A stretch of 64,000 nt of DNA, taken from an uncultured Bacillota bacterium (GTDB taxonomy: Bacteria; Bacillota_I; Bacilli_A; RFN20; CAG-288). Positions 19,836 through 30,858 of the stretch are shown here, piece by piece. The stretch is taken from the NCBI GenBank assembly GCA_949284445.1, contig CASDVP010000001.1, positions 17,516 to 81,515 on the forward strand, written 5' to 3'. How positions within the stretch are numbered: position 1 is the stretch's first letter; the number at the start of each line of letters is the position of its first letter. The translations under genes and the position numbers were made by a program. The notes below the pieces were generated by a model, which worked only from the letters and a program-made list of their open reading frames with translations, was not told where the DNA came from and did not search any database.

Positions 19836-20220
19836 CTAATTAAATTTATGATCATTATTGTCAATAACTTGCCAATAGCCTGTTTTGTTTGATCCAATAC
19901 GTTTAATTAAAGACAAGTGTTTTAACTTAACAATAGTATTTTGAACCGTGGTTTTACCCGTATTCGTTATCTTCGCTATTCCAATTTGTGACATTTTAGG
20001 ATTTTCTTTAATTGCATATAGTATTTTTAATTCTGTTTTGCTTAATTTATCTACCAATTTATCTACCGCTTTATCTACCAAATCATTAAATGAACGAATC
20101 CAGTTATAAGGAATAGTAACTACAATAGAACCCTCGCTAATTTGAAACGCTTTTCTTCCGTAATTAGAAACAATCAAAGGATTTCCCTTACCTATTCTTT
20201 CGGTTAAATAAGTAGCCAAA
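19836..20220 (-). pseudogene. C-terminal remnant of an AlbA_2/HATPase_c_4/wHTH ('RecG-like') protein
   Basis: ERIGKGxPLI, LVDK-type repeat linker, wHTH ending RIGSNKTGYW; no SD or proper start. Confidence 0.65.
20046..20081. repeat. 3 x 12-bp tandem repeat (TTTATCTACCAA/GC)
   Basis: Read directly; encodes LVDK-AVDK-LVDK on the minus strand. Confidence 0.9.
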
Positions 20221-20344
20221 AATAGCTGGTTCAACAAAAGAACAATCAATAGTTCTTTGTTATATAGAACTCATTATTCATGCACAATGAATCAAATAAT
20301 CAGTTCTGAAAAAATGAAAGTCCTACGTACTCAAATATTTAAGT

Positions 20345-20734
20345 TCATAAGTACTGTTTGTTTATTAAATCAGTAAAATAATCAGAAATATCTTTGTATT
20401 TAGCTTCTTTAAATGGTTGAACACCTTTATATGCAAAATAAGTTTTATCCAAATAATTAATTGTGACTAAAAATTTAATCGAATAATCAGAAATATCATC
20501 TTCATATTTATGAGCAAAATAGCTTCTATCAAGTTGATTGATATCTAATAAATCAGATATTTCTTCAGTCAAAGATAAAAATTCTTGGTCTGATAAATAT
20601 TTTTCTTTCTGATTATATCCGTATTTAGAAACAAGTAAATTCTTAGTTTGATAATCGATTTCTAATTTATCAACCTGTGATATGGCTTCTGTAGATCTTT
20701 TCCAAAAAACGACATTTTTGATCTGTTTTACCAT
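20345..20734 (-). CDS. hypothetical protein
   Basis: Overlaps the upstream gene; C-terminal half resembles that gene's C-terminal half. Confidence 0.6.
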   Translation of the reverse strand: MVKQIKNVVFWKRSTEAISQVDKLEIDYQTKNLLVSKYGYNQKEKYLSDQEFLSLTEEISDLLDINQLDRSYFAHKYEDDISDYSIKFLVTINYLDKTYFAYKGVQPFKEAKYKDISDYFTDLINKQYL

Positions 20735-21228
20735 ATATTAGCCTCGATGAAAAAAGGTAAAAACAATTTATCAAATCCAGCTAAATAAGGTGGAAATTGA
20801 TTATTTTGAATGATGATTGTATCGTGGTTATAAAACTCCAAAACTATTTGATAATAATCTTTAGTTCTATCAACTTCTTGAATGCTTGGCCAATCTAAAA
20901 TAAAGAAATTCTCAAAGATAACCTTCTTAAAAGTATCGAATAAACCTTCAATATTAACTTTTTTATATGAGAATGATTTTTGTTCTTTAAATCTAGTCGG
21001 ATAAAGAATGATGCCTTCATCTGTCTTGCGGATTTCAACTGTTTTATGATCATCTTTTTCATTTTTCTTAAAGCAACAGGCTTTGAGATCTTGTTCTAAT
21101 GATTGGATAGTTTTTCCATCATTAACCCCAAAATCCTTATCACAATCTTCGCAGTGAAAACCACGGGTGTGAAAAATCGAATCGCTGAACACAGAAACTT
21201 TTTCTTTTCCACAGTAAGGGCAAATCAT
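20728..21228 (-). CDS. hypothetical protein with N-terminal zinc ribbon
   Basis: CPYC...CEDC; ATGA overlap with rsuA; SD GGAGG. Confidence 0.7.
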   Translation of the reverse strand: MICPYCGKEKVSVFSDSIFHTRGFHCEDCDKDFGVNDGKTIQSLEQDLKACCFKKNEKDDHKTVEIRKTDEGIILYPTRFKEQKSFSYKKVNIEGLFDTFKKVIFENFFILDWPSIQEVDRTKDYYQIVLEFYNHDTIIIQNNQFPPYLAGFDKLFLPFFIEANIW

Positions 21229-21944
21229 AAGCTATCCTCCAATTTTAAATGCGTTATCTTTAATAATTGTAAATATTCTTCTTGGTTTAAAAGACGAGTC
21301 TGTCCAATATCAACATCTAAATTGATCGGACCTAAAGAGCGACGATGTAATTTGATGACATCATAACTATATTTACCAAACAATCTCTTTATCTCATGAT
21401 ATTTACCTTCATGAACAGTGATATCAGCATGATATTCATCTTTGATAACTAGTTCAGAAGAGGCTGCTTTTTCACCTCTTCCAATATCGATATCACCAGC
21501 TTTAAAAATCTCAACTAACCCTGGCTTTAAAATATGATTGACAGTCACTTCATAAGTTTTGGGAATATGATATTTGGGATTTGCTAAACGACTGTTTAAA
21601 ACACCATTATCAGTGAATAGAAGAAGACCGGTCGTATCATAATCTAGTCTGCCAACGATTCTGACACGCTTACGATATTGTTCCGGTATCAAATTCATAA
21701 CCGATGGATATCTCTCATCGATCATAGATGAAATATAGCCTTCTGGTTTATTAAGCATAATCGTTACATATGGCTGATTAGAAACTTTTATCCCTTTGAC
21801 TTCGATCACATCATTACCATTGATATCTGTGCTGTAATCAGTAACGATTTGTCCGTTGATCTTCACTTCCTCTTTATGAAAATACTTTTTGACACTCTTA
21901 CGGCTACCAAACCCATTCAAAGATAAAAACCTATCAATTCTCAT
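21225..21944 (-). CDS. rsuA: RsuA-family pseudouridine synthase
   Basis: S4 domain (MRIDRFL), NKPEG, GRLD catalytic motif, EGKYHEIKR. Confidence 0.85.
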   Translation of the reverse strand: MRIDRFLSLNGFGSRKSVKKYFHKEEVKINGQIVTDYSTDINGNDVIEVKGIKVSNQPYVTIMLNKPEGYISSMIDERYPSVMNLIPEQYRKRVRIVGRLDYDTTGLLLFTDNGVLNSRLANPKYHIPKTYEVTVNHILKPGLVEIFKAGDIDIGRGEKAASSELVIKDEYHADITVHEGKYHEIKRLFGKYSYDVIKLHRRSLGPINLDVDIGQTRLLNQEEYLQLLKITHLKLEDSL

Positions 21945-21958
21945 AGTAGCTTGTTTTT

Positions 21959-22987
21959 TTATTTATGTTTATAAGTTTCTAGCAAATTGATATCGCTAGC
22001 AGGTTTATTTATAACAGAAAGAAGTCCAGAAGTTAAAATTTCGTATAAAGAAAGCGGTTGACATGAGAACACAGAAACAGAATCGTCTAATCCATGTTTG
22101 ACTGACTTGAATTCTTTGATGGTCAAAGCAATACCAATAAAGAATAAACCTACAGGGACAACGATGATCATGAATAGCTGAGCTAAATCAGTCGTGATGT
22201 CAGTGAAAAATGGTTGCTTAAATTCGAATGCTAGCAGAATAATTATGCCAGAAATGGCAAAGCCTAATCTCATTCCAGAGGAGGCGTATTTGGTATTTTT
22301 TGGTGCTTGATATTTAAGAATAAATCCGAAAACATATCCAGAAAAAATAGCTAGTAAAGAGATGATAAGCACGACTATATTTTCAGTAAAGCCATTAAAT
22401 CTTGTTATATTAGACATAAAGTTGCTAACTTGTAAATATGCGTTACTTAAGAAAAATAAAGTTCCTAAAGATTGACTGCAAAATGTTAAAAGCAAAGTAG
22501 AGGCAAACATTAAAAAGAAAATGGTTATATATCCGCTTATACTAGAGAAATCTATAGTTCCTACCGAAATAGTGTATATCCAAAAAGATACGGCTATAGC
22601 GATAAACATTCCTAATAGTGTTATCCAAATAGTATTTTTATTATTTTTAAAAAGCCGATAGAATTCTATTAAACTGAAACTGAAAGCTAAGCAAGCTAAT
22701 CCGATATTGATGATCTGTTTATAATTTTCATCTAGATAAGAGATAGGAATGAGAAAGAAAAAGAAGCCGCCTAATAAAGCACCTAATAAAAAGAGCCATT
22801 TATGTTTGATGTTAAAACAGAATTTTTCACCGAATGCAGATTGAGGAAAATCATAGTCTCTGATCCCCATCGATTCATTCAACGCTTTAGAATTAAAGAA
22901 AGGAATCCACGTTAATGCACCGCTTAAAAAACCTCCGAAGAGTGAGGCGACTTTCGATGTGCTTTTATTTTCAGCTGTTTTTAGCAT
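21959..22987 (-). CDS. polytopic membrane protein, divergent DUF368-like
   Basis: Two-repeat TM layout; GGFLSGALTWIPFFN aligns by eye to the DUF368 motif G-x-G-x-IPGVSG. Confidence 0.45.
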   Translation of the reverse strand: MLKTAENKSTSKVASLFGGFLSGALTWIPFFNSKALNESMGIRDYDFPQSAFGEKFCFNIKHKWLFLLGALLGGFFFFLIPISYLDENYKQIINIGLACLAFSFSLIEFYRLFKNNKNTIWITLLGMFIAIAVSFWIYTISVGTIDFSSISGYITIFFLMFASTLLLTFCSQSLGTLFFLSNAYLQVSNFMSNITRFNGFTENIVVLIISLLAIFSGYVFGFILKYQAPKNTKYASSGMRLGFAISGIIILLAFEFKQPFFTDITTDLAQLFMIIVVPVGLFFIGIALTIKEFKSVKHGLDDSVSVFSCQPLSLYEILTSGLLSVINKPASDINLLETYKHK

Positions 22988-23020
22988 GCTATTATTATAT
23001 AAAAGTTCGTTTTAAATTTC

Positions 23021-24724
23021 TCACTTACTTAAGATAATTGTGAAAGAAGTCCCCTGACCAAAAGTTGAAGAAACTTCGATTTTAAAATCATAGCTCTGAC
23101 AAATATGTTTAACGATTGCTAATCCTAATCCAGTGCCTTCGATATTGCTCTTAATACGTGAATTATCAACGCGATAAAAACGTTCAAAGATATGAGGTAA
23201 CTGTTCTTGTCGTATACCTATACCAGTATCACTTATTTTAAAAATATGGTTTTCTTTATCTAAAACAATATTTATATTTCCTTTATCTTTATTGTATTTG
23301 ACAGCATTATCGATCAGATTACCGAAAAGTTTTTCTATATCTAGACGATTAGCATGAATGATAAATGGTGTGATATTTTTATCAACAGTGATCTTCTTTT
23401 CTTGAATCTTAGGTGCCAGAATATCTAAATAATTATCGATTATCTCTTTGACATCAACATCTTCTTCAGGTTTTTTATCAACGTTTTCAAGCTGATTGAT
23501 AGTTAACATATCAGCTAATAACTCACGCATTTTTTTAGCTTCTTTAATCGCTTTTTGGATAGCTTTTTTCTGCTCAGCTGGATCAGAAATAAAATCATTT
23601 TCCACCAGTTCCAAATAGCCAATGACAGAGGTGAGAGGAGTCTTTAGCTCATGACTAGCATTAGCGAAGAAATCGGCTTTAGTTTTATTCAGATTCTTTT
23701 CTTCAGTCACATCAGTTAAAAAAGAGATCACACCTGATGGGGTGTTAGGTGACCAAGAATATGGTAAGGAAATGATGGTCACTTGATAAATACGTCCATG
23801 ATATTTGAGTATGAATGGAGCAATATCTTTTTTAGTATGCAAAACGTTTTGAATCTTTTCCGAAAATTCTTGATCGACAAATAAAACATGATAGTCTTTG
23901 TTTAAAACTTCTTGTTCTTCATAGTTGAATAACTTACTACCACACTTGTTGATAAAAGTTATCTTCTCATCTCCGGATATAGCTACTAAGCTGATCGGCA
24001 TAGAATCAAGAATCATGCGGAGCTTTTTCTTCTCAGTCTCTAAATCAGATATTTTTTCGTCTAAAGAAGAAGAAACCAAATCGATCGATCTAGCCAATAT
24101 GTTTAAGTCATTGACATCAACAACCGTAGCTGGATCCAGTTTGGATAAAAACATCAATCGTTGGACTTGGTCTGTCAATGGCTTGATGCGCTTTCGATAA
24201 TTATGATATCGATATAACACAAAAAACACAGTCAAAATAATGACGACTACAGAACCATAAATCAAAAAATTCCTAGCTATCGACACAGCTTGGCTTTCTT
24301 TGATAGCTGCTCTGATATAATATTGCGGATTCTCTTGGTCACGAACAGCTAAGTAAATCATGTTATAACCATAAGTCGATTTTCTAGTGACTGTCTTTCC
24401 TAAATTGTCGTTATTTAGTTCAATAGCAGAGCTATCAGAAGCTAATAAATCTTTTGAATCATAAAGGATTGTGTAATCGTCTTCACTCTTTTGAATGATA
24501 GATATTCTGACACTAGACTCTGCAAACGATTCAGCGACCTCATGACCTGTTGCTTCTAAATTATTACCATCAAAAATGTATTGAGCAATTTTAATTGAAC
24601 TATTTAAATCGCTTGTGGTATGTTCATTGCCAGAAATATAGATAGCCAAAAAGGAAGCTATAAAAAGGGCTATCCAAGAAAAACAGAAGACGATAGTTTC
24701 AATAAGGTTTCTTTTCGAGCTCAT
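23021..24724 (-). CDS. phoR: phosphate sensor histidine kinase with PAS domain
   Basis: H-box ASHELKTPL, NLIDNAVKY, DTGIGI, GTGLGL; within the pst operon. Confidence 0.88.
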   Translation of the reverse strand: MSSKRNLIETIVFCFSWIALFIASFLAIYISGNEHTTSDLNSSIKIAQYIFDGNNLEATGHEVAESFAESSVRISIIQKSEDDYTILYDSKDLLASDSSAIELNNDNLGKTVTRKSTYGYNMIYLAVRDQENPQYYIRAAIKESQAVSIARNFLIYGSVVVIILTVFFVLYRYHNYRKRIKPLTDQVQRLMFLSKLDPATVVDVNDLNILARSIDLVSSSLDEKISDLETEKKKLRMILDSMPISLVAISGDEKITFINKCGSKLFNYEEQEVLNKDYHVLFVDQEFSEKIQNVLHTKKDIAPFILKYHGRIYQVTIISLPYSWSPNTPSGVISFLTDVTEEKNLNKTKADFFANASHELKTPLTSVIGYLELVENDFISDPAEQKKAIQKAIKEAKKMRELLADMLTINQLENVDKKPEEDVDVKEIIDNYLDILAPKIQEKKITVDKNITPFIIHANRLDIEKLFGNLIDNAVKYNKDKGNINIVLDKENHIFKISDTGIGIRQEQLPHIFERFYRVDNSRIKSNIEGTGLGLAIVKHICQSYDFKIEVSSTFGQGTSFTIILSK

Positions 24725-25392
24725 TTAAGAAAACGATAACCGACACCATAAACTGTGAGGATGTGTTTACCTTCTTCCCCAAGTTTAGTTCTCAAGCTCT
24801 TGACATGAACATCGATAGTCCTTGTCTCATAAGCTTGTCTATCACCCCAAAGCACAGATAAGAGATCATCTCTGGAAACGACATTATCACTGTTTTTCAT
24901 CAATTCAAAAAGAATCGTAAATTCAGCATTGGTCAGAAGTATTTCTTTACCGTCTACTTCACACAAACGGCGATTATAATCGATCATTGTCTTACCGATT
25001 TGAATGATGCTATGAGCTTTTTGACGACGATACTTAGCGTTGACACGGGAGATCAGTTCTAATATATCAAATGGCTTTTCTAAATAATCATCTGCTCCTA
25101 AATCTAAATTGTTGACTTTATCAACGATTTGCGATTTAGCCGATAAAACCATTATTTCAACATCATCATTGCTGTGATCTTTACGTATTTGCTGAATGAT
25201 GTCTTCGCCTGGCATATCAGGTAACATCAAATCTAATAACACAAGATTCGGTTTCTTTTCTTGAAACGCTTTTAAAAAATCATGTCCATTAGAAAAAGTT
25301 GAGACATCATAGTCTTGTTTGCTCAATGCTAATTTGATGATTTTAGCGATGTCATCATCATCTTCTAATGAATAAATGCAATATTTCGTCAT
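24721..25392 (-). CDS. phoP: OmpR-family phosphate response regulator
   Basis: LDLMLP receiver Asp, KPF, RTIDVH, TVYGVGY. Confidence 0.85.
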   Translation of the reverse strand: MTKYCIYSLEDDDDIAKIIKLALSKQDYDVSTFSNGHDFLKAFQEKKPNLVLLDLMLPDMPGEDIIQQIRKDHSNDDVEIMVLSAKSQIVDKVNNLDLGADDYLEKPFDILELISRVNAKYRRQKAHSIIQIGKTMIDYNRRLCEVDGKEILLTNAEFTILFELMKNSDNVVSRDDLLSVLWGDRQAYETRTIDVHVKSLRTKLGEEGKHILTVYGVGYRFLK

Positions 25393-25407
25393 AACTTCGA
25401 CCTCGAC

Positions 25408-26055
25408 TTAGATCACAACTTGATCTTTGTGGAATCCTGAAATGATATAAACAAGCCATTCAGCAATATTTGTAGCATGATCAGCGATTCTCTCTAAATA
25501 TTTTACTATCATCGTTTGATAAACGGTGTTATAAGCAGAAATTTTCTTTTCTTCATTATATTGGACGATGACTTTAACAATATCCCAGAATTTAGAATCA
25601 ACAATATCATCTCTATTCAGGATATCATTAGCTAACTTTCCATCCATTTTCACGCAGCAATATAAAGAATCTTCAACCATCTTCATAACGATATCGATGA
25701 TCTCTTCCATACCAGGGATGACAGTTATTTCACCATCTAGTTTTTTGATCAGATCGCTAGTATGTTTGATATCGAATGCTTGATCTCCGATTCTTTCAAC
25801 ATCTTCAACTAATTTAAAGTTGCCACAGATCTGTCTCAGATCACCTGAATAAACTTTTTCTTTGAGCAATATCTGCATGCATAAAGATTCAATTTCGCGT
25901 TCATAAAGATTGATCTGATCGTCATCAATATCTAATTTCTCATCATATTTACCATGTAGATAATACTGAAAAGCAGTTTTACAAGCGTTAATAACGGCAT
26001 CTAACATCTTGTATACTTTAGTATCAATTTGTTGAATTTCATTATCAAGATTCAT
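25408..26055 (-). CDS. phoU: phosphate signalling protein PhoU
   Basis: Duplicated ERIGD/ERIADH and DD motifs. Confidence 0.93.
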   Translation of the reverse strand: MNLDNEIQQIDTKVYKMLDAVINACKTAFQYYLHGKYDEKLDIDDDQINLYEREIESLCMQILLKEKVYSGDLRQICGNFKLVEDVERIGDQAFDIKHTSDLIKKLDGEITVIPGMEEIIDIVMKMVEDSLYCCVKMDGKLANDILNRDDIVDSKFWDIVKVIVQYNEEKKISAYNTVYQTMIVKYLERIADHATNIAEWLVYIISGFHKDQVVI

Positions 26056-26071
26056 ATTTCAAACTCCTTTA

Positions 26072-26884
26072 TTAACTGAAACGACCAGTGATATAGTCAT
26101 TCGACTGCTTTTCTTTTGGATGCGAGAAGAATTCTTCAGTTTTATTAAATTCTATCAATTTGCCTAACATAAAGAAAGCAGTATAATCAGAAACTCTAGT
26201 CGCTTGTTGCATGTTGTGAGTGACGATTATGATCGTGTATTTTTCCTTCAGTTTTTGAATCAAAGATTCGATCTTGGATGTCGCTATCGGATCGAGAGCT
26301 GAAGTGGGTTCATCCATCAAAATAACATCGGGATGCATAGCGACACATCTAGCGATACAGAGACGTTGCTGTTGACCACCTGACAAAGCCATACCAGATT
26401 CTTTTAAACGATCTTTGACTTCATCATATAAAGCGCCTTCTTTCAAAGAATCAATGACTAATTGATGCAAGTATTTCTTGTCTTTGATACCTTGACATCT
26501 CGGACCATAAGTGATGTTATCTTTGATTGACATCGGGAAAGGATTAGGTTGTTGGAAAACCATACCGACACGCGAGCGCAAGAGAATCGGATTAATCTTA
26601 TTGATATCAACACCGTTATATAAAAGTTCACCAGTGACTTTACAACCTTCGATCAGATCATTCATGCGATCAAAACATCTTAAGAAAGTCGATTTACCAC
26701 AGCCAGAAGGACCGATAAAAGCAGTGACTTTATTCTTATAAATTTTGATGTTGATATCTTTTAAAGCTTGATTGTCATCATAGAAAAGATTGAGATGCTT
26801 GGCTTCAAAAATGACGGGTGAACTCTCTTCTTTTTGTTCGAAAATAGGTTTGTCTAATTCCTCATTACGCATTTCATCACTCAT
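26072..26884 (-). CDS. pstB: phosphate ABC transporter ATPase
   Basis: [30 protein letters not shown]; start reassigned to ATG 26884 by SD AAGGAGA. Confidence 0.95.
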   Translation of the reverse strand: MSDEMRNEELDKPIFEQKEESSPVIFEAKHLNLFYDDNQALKDINIKIYKNKVTAFIGPSGCGKSTFLRCFDRMNDLIEGCKVTGELLYNGVDINKINPILLRSRVGMVFQQPNPFPMSIKDNITYGPRCQGIKDKKYLHQLVIDSLKEGALYDEVKDRLKESGMALSGGQQQRLCIARCVAMHPDVILMDEPTSALDPIATSKIESLIQKLKEKYTIIIVTHNMQQATRVSDYTAFFMLGKLIEFNKTEEFFSHPKEKQSNDYITGRFS

Positions 26885-28589
26885 TATTCTTGTCTCCTTC
26901 TTTTTCTTCAACTTTTGCAGTTATTTCTTTGTTTTGTCCTGAGGCTAAAATAGCTTTTTGTGTTTCTTTACGGACAGAGATGTTTTCTTTAATTTTACCC
27001 CAAATCTTAAGGAAAAATGTATTCTTTTTCTTAGGAGTAAATTTATCTAATTTATCAGCTATTAATTTGACAGTGATATTTAATAACAACACAACGATCA
27101 AGATTAAGATAGCTGCCGCGGCTGTGGAACGATAGTTTGGATTTTCTTGACCAGAAACCGAGCGCCAAATATAAACAGCCAAGGTTGCTGCTGATGATTG
27201 ATTAGGTCCGACTGAATCTGAAATGACAGCACCTGTTGCAAAGATGAGCGCAGCTGATTCACCAACAATTCTACCTGTTGCTAACAATCCGCCTGTTAAA
27301 ATGCCAGGAACTGAATTAGGTAAAATGACTTTAAACACTGTCTGTGTCTGTGAAGCTCCTAAAGCTAAAGACGCATTTTTTAAAGAGCTCGGTATCACGT
27401 TGATAGCTTCTTCCGTATTTTTGATGATGGTAGGTAAAACCATACAAGCCAGAGTAGCAGCACCAGAAAGTATGGTTCCCGTAGCTCCACCACCTGAGAA
27501 GATCGGAATAAAAATGACAGCGCCTGCTAAACCAAAGATGATCGATGGAATACCAGAAATCATATCGATCATCGAACGGATGACTGCGGTTATTTTGTTT
27601 TTCTTTGCATAATAAGCTAAATAGATAGCAGCACCGATTCCTAATGGTAAAGAGAATAAAAGAGAGAATAAGATCATCCAAAGCGTAGCGATGAGAGGTC
27701 CTCTGATACCGAAGCCTCCGATTTCAACGATGAACGAATAAACTGTCACTGCACTATCTAATATTTCTACTGCGTCTTTAGCAGAAGAATTTCTATTAAA
27801 AGCAACGACACCACCTTCTTCTGTCAAGCCGCCGACATTCATGACCGAATAATTATTAGAATAATCTAAAACCTCTCCGGTGTCTTTATCAGTCAAAGCA
27901 TAAAATGGTGATTCAGGATCCACATAAGTGATCATTAAATCATGAGATCCATCAGTCTTTTCACCCTCTGCGAATAAGACACCCCATTTTTCAGAAAAAG
28001 CTTCATTATCTAAAATTTCATCTGGAACTTCATATGTCACTTCCGGATCAACATGAATTCGTTCAGTTAAATTAGTGGTGATTTGATGGGCAGAATTATC
28101 ACCGGTGATGAATGACCAAGAGAAGGTTGAACCACCAGTAGCAAAGCAATAATAAACGATTAAAACTAAAACGATCAAAGAGATAGCCGCACAAATATAA
28201 GTGATCACATTTTTGATAGCATCGAAGATTATTCTCTTTTTACGGTTCATCTCCTTATCGTGGAAAATCTTATCATAACTAGCTTTTTTCTCTTCGGCAG
28301 TATATGAAAAGCCATCTTCATCAACCGTATCTTTTAAATCTTTGATATCGACATCAGTAAAATCTGTCTCAGCTAATGCTAAGGCATCACCATCTAAATA
28401 TGCGTTTATTTGACGTGAGATACGCATAGCTTCAGAAGCATTTTTAGCTCCATAAGCTTCAAATAGCGAAGCATCTCCATTAAAAAGCTTTTTGGCATCA
28501 AGACGCAATGTCTTTCTCGCATCATTTTCAGATAAACCATCAGCGATTTTAGCTTGTAATAAGGATTCTGCATCAATAACTTTAGTCAT
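26877..28589 (-). CDS. pstA: phosphate ABC permease PstA with extra domains
   Basis: [23 protein letters not shown]; long N-terminal extension and extracytoplasmic insert. Confidence 0.9.
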   Translation of the reverse strand: MTKVIDAESLLQAKIADGLSENDARKTLRLDAKKLFNGDASLFEAYGAKNASEAMRISRQINAYLDGDALALAETDFTDVDIKDLKDTVDEDGFSYTAEEKKASYDKIFHDKEMNRKKRIIFDAIKNVITYICAAISLIVLVLIVYYCFATGGSTFSWSFITGDNSAHQITTNLTERIHVDPEVTYEVPDEILDNEAFSEKWGVLFAEGEKTDGSHDLMITYVDPESPFYALTDKDTGEVLDYSNNYSVMNVGGLTEEGGVVAFNRNSSAKDAVEILDSAVTVYSFIVEIGGFGIRGPLIATLWMILFSLLFSLPLGIGAAIYLAYYAKKNKITAVIRSMIDMISGIPSIIFGLAGAVIFIPIFSGGGATGTILSGAATLACMVLPTIIKNTEEAINVIPSSLKNASLALGASQTQTVFKVILPNSVPGILTGGLLATGRIVGESAALIFATGAVISDSVGPNQSSAATLAVYIWRSVSGQENPNYRSTAAAAILILIVVLLLNITVKLIADKLDKFTPKKKNTFFLKIWGKIKENISVRKETQKAILASGQNKEITAKVEEKEGDKNNE

Positions 28590-29664
28590 TGCTATCTCCT
28601 TTCGAAGCTAATCTCAAGTTTTTAGCTTTTGTAAATAAAGATTCGAAAAGAGATATGATGATGGATTTTTTCATCTTTTGACCAGTGCGACGAGCGTACA
28701 TAGTGTTTTTGATGTGATTTAAAGTTAAATCGATAACGATGATTAAGATAATCAATAAAATACCCGCAGAAAAACGGATATCATATCCCATAGAACCGAC
28801 TTGAGCTTCAGCCATACCCATAAGCATAGTACTGGTTAAAGTGGCTGAAATATCTAACGGGTTACCAGTCGGACCAGACATAGCATTACCGATGACCATC
28901 TGAACAGCAGTGGCTTCACCTAATGCTCTACCGACGCCTAAAATGATACCAGCAAAGATACCAGAAGAAGCATCTTTTAAAACAATTTTAAAGTTAGTTT
29001 GTGTAGGAGAAGCACCAAGTGCTATAGAAGCTTTAATCATTGCTGGATTAACTGATTTAATAGCAGTCGTCGCCATCAAGGTCATTGTAGGTATAGACAT
29101 AAATGCTAGTACCAATACACCAGATAATAAAGAACGGCCACCAAAAGTGCTATAACCGATAGAAGAGGCGAAGGAATCGATAAGAGGACAGATATAACCG
29201 ATACCGAATAGACCATAGATGACAGAAGGGACAGCTGCTAATAATTCAACACCAGCCTGAAAGACTGAAGAAACAGCTTTAGGCGCGATGCGTGTTATCA
29301 ACACGGAAGTCAAAATAGATAACGGTATAGAGATGATCAGTGATAAAACAGTCGCATATAAAGTATTCAAAACTAAAAATCCAGCACCATGACTAAATTC
29401 ACCACCATTCCATGTGGTCTGAGAAAAAAATTCTAAAAAGTTTTGAGTTCCAGTGGCTTTACCATCTACTGAATTATAAATTTTTATAAATGGTATTATT
29501 CCTTTATATAAAATAAAAACGACAATAAAAATGATGACTGATGCACAAATAGCCGCAATCACAAAAAAGATATATTTAACGATACTGTCTATTACCTTTT
29601 TGTTTTTAGCTCTTTTGATACTATAGTTATCAATATTGAGGTTTTGTTCTATGTTTTCGCCCAT
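28582..29664 (-). CDS. pstC: phosphate ABC permease PstC
   Basis: ELLAAVPSVIYG, GRALGEATAV; start reassigned to ATG 29664 by SD GGAGA. Confidence 0.92.
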   Translation of the reverse strand: MGENIEQNLNIDNYSIKRAKNKKVIDSIVKYIFFVIAAICASVIIFIVVFILYKGIIPFIKIYNSVDGKATGTQNFLEFFSQTTWNGGEFSHGAGFLVLNTLYATVLSLIISIPLSILTSVLITRIAPKAVSSVFQAGVELLAAVPSVIYGLFGIGYICPLIDSFASSIGYSTFGGRSLLSGVLVLAFMSIPTMTLMATTAIKSVNPAMIKASIALGASPTQTNFKIVLKDASSGIFAGIILGVGRALGEATAVQMVIGNAMSGPTGNPLDISATLTSTMLMGMAEAQVGSMGYDIRFSAGILLIILIIVIDLTLNHIKNTMYARRTGQKMKKSIIISLFESLFTKAKNLRLASKGDSND

Positions 29665-29692
29665 TATTTTTCTCCATCTAATAAGTAAGAAA

Positions 29693-29719
29693 GGGGAACA
29701 GTTAATTAAAACTGTCCCC
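29693..29719 (-). terminator. pstS-pstC intergenic hairpin (partial terminator or mRNA stabiliser)
   Basis: GGGGAACAGTT/AACTGTCCCC stem, followed by TTTCTT on the minus strand. Confidence 0.65.
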
Positions 29720-29750
29720 CAAAATAAATTTCGATCAATTAGAATGTGGA

Positions 29751-30788
29751 TTATAAGCCGAGAGTGTCCGCCCAATCAGCAGTTGCAACAATATCTGCAT
29801 AGGTTTGAGTATGAGTAGAAGTGAGAACACCACCTGCAGCAGTGACAATAGCATCACCATCAAGAGAATTCATGAAAGCGATGAAAGAATCAATCAAAGC
29901 GATTTTAACTTCATCTCTATCTTTAGAAACAGCCTTTGGATACATATAGTTGAAATTACGTTGAAGAGGATATGAACCATCTCTGATGTTTGCTACAGTA
30001 GCTTCAACATAATTTGTACCATCGGAAGAAACTTTTAAGGTTTTAAGGCTTTTATGTGTCTCAAGACCTTCTAATGAACAATAACCGATACCATTAGAAG
30101 TAGCTTCGACTGAACTGATCATATCACCATTAGAAGAGACACCACCAACACTAGAAGATAATAATTTATCATTAGATTTAGCAGCTTCAATACCGAGCTT
30201 AGTGCAGAAACCATCTCTAGTACCAGAAGAAGTATCACGAGTGAAAGGTTTGATTTCACCAGAAGCTCCAGAAGCGACTTGACTCCAATCAGTTATAGGA
30301 TCTTCAGCAGAATAATCAGAGCCAAAGTTCTTTTCAGAAGTAGCTTTATCAGCGATAGCGCTAGGAGCTACATAGATATCTCTTAATTGTTGAAGAGTGA
30401 TTTGATTGACATTGGCATTATCGGTATTGACGATAACAGCGATACCATCAGCACAGATCTTGCCATTGTTATAAGCATCAGTTTTTTCGGATGCGGTGAA
30501 TTCACGGGAAGCAAAACCGATATCACCAGTTCCATCCTCTAATCTCTTGAAAGCATCACCAGAACCAGTGTGATCATGCTTGATATTGGGCTTATTACCA
30601 CTCTTGAAAGTGTTGACCCAAGCATCAGTTAAATCTTGAGACATAGATTGAACAGAAGTAGACCCGACGAAAGTGACAGTTTCAGCACTCAAATCGACTG
30701 TGTTACCATTATCAGAAGAATTGGTATCACAAGAAGCTAACATAGATAAGGCGCAAATAGATACAGCAAGTACACCTAATTTTTTCAT
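29751..30788 (-). CDS. pstS: phosphate-binding lipoprotein
   Basis: Lipobox LASC; GSTSV, GSG, SSGTR motifs. Confidence 0.92.
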   Translation of the reverse strand: MKKLGVLAVSICALSMLASCDTNSSDNGNTVDLSAETVTFVGSTSVQSMSQDLTDAWVNTFKSGNKPNIKHDHTGSGDAFKRLEDGTGDIGFASREFTASEKTDAYNNGKICADGIAVIVNTDNANVNQITLQQLRDIYVAPSAIADKATSEKNFGSDYSAEDPITDWSQVASGASGEIKPFTRDTSSGTRDGFCTKLGIEAAKSNDKLLSSSVGGVSSNGDMISSVEATSNGIGYCSLEGLETHKSLKTLKVSSDGTNYVEATVANIRDGSYPLQRNFNYMYPKAVSKDRDEVKIALIDSFIAFMNSLDGDAIVTAAGGVLTSTHTQTYADIVATADWADTLGL

Positions 30789-30858
30789 TTTTGATTTACC
30801 TCTTTAATTAAACCGAAAATATGTTATTGATTACAATCAAAGGGATAAACCCTAAACC

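Noticed and set aside
20046-20081. 12-bp arrays as CRISPR or iteron repeats
   Set aside because: No spacers, only three units, and no cas or rep gene
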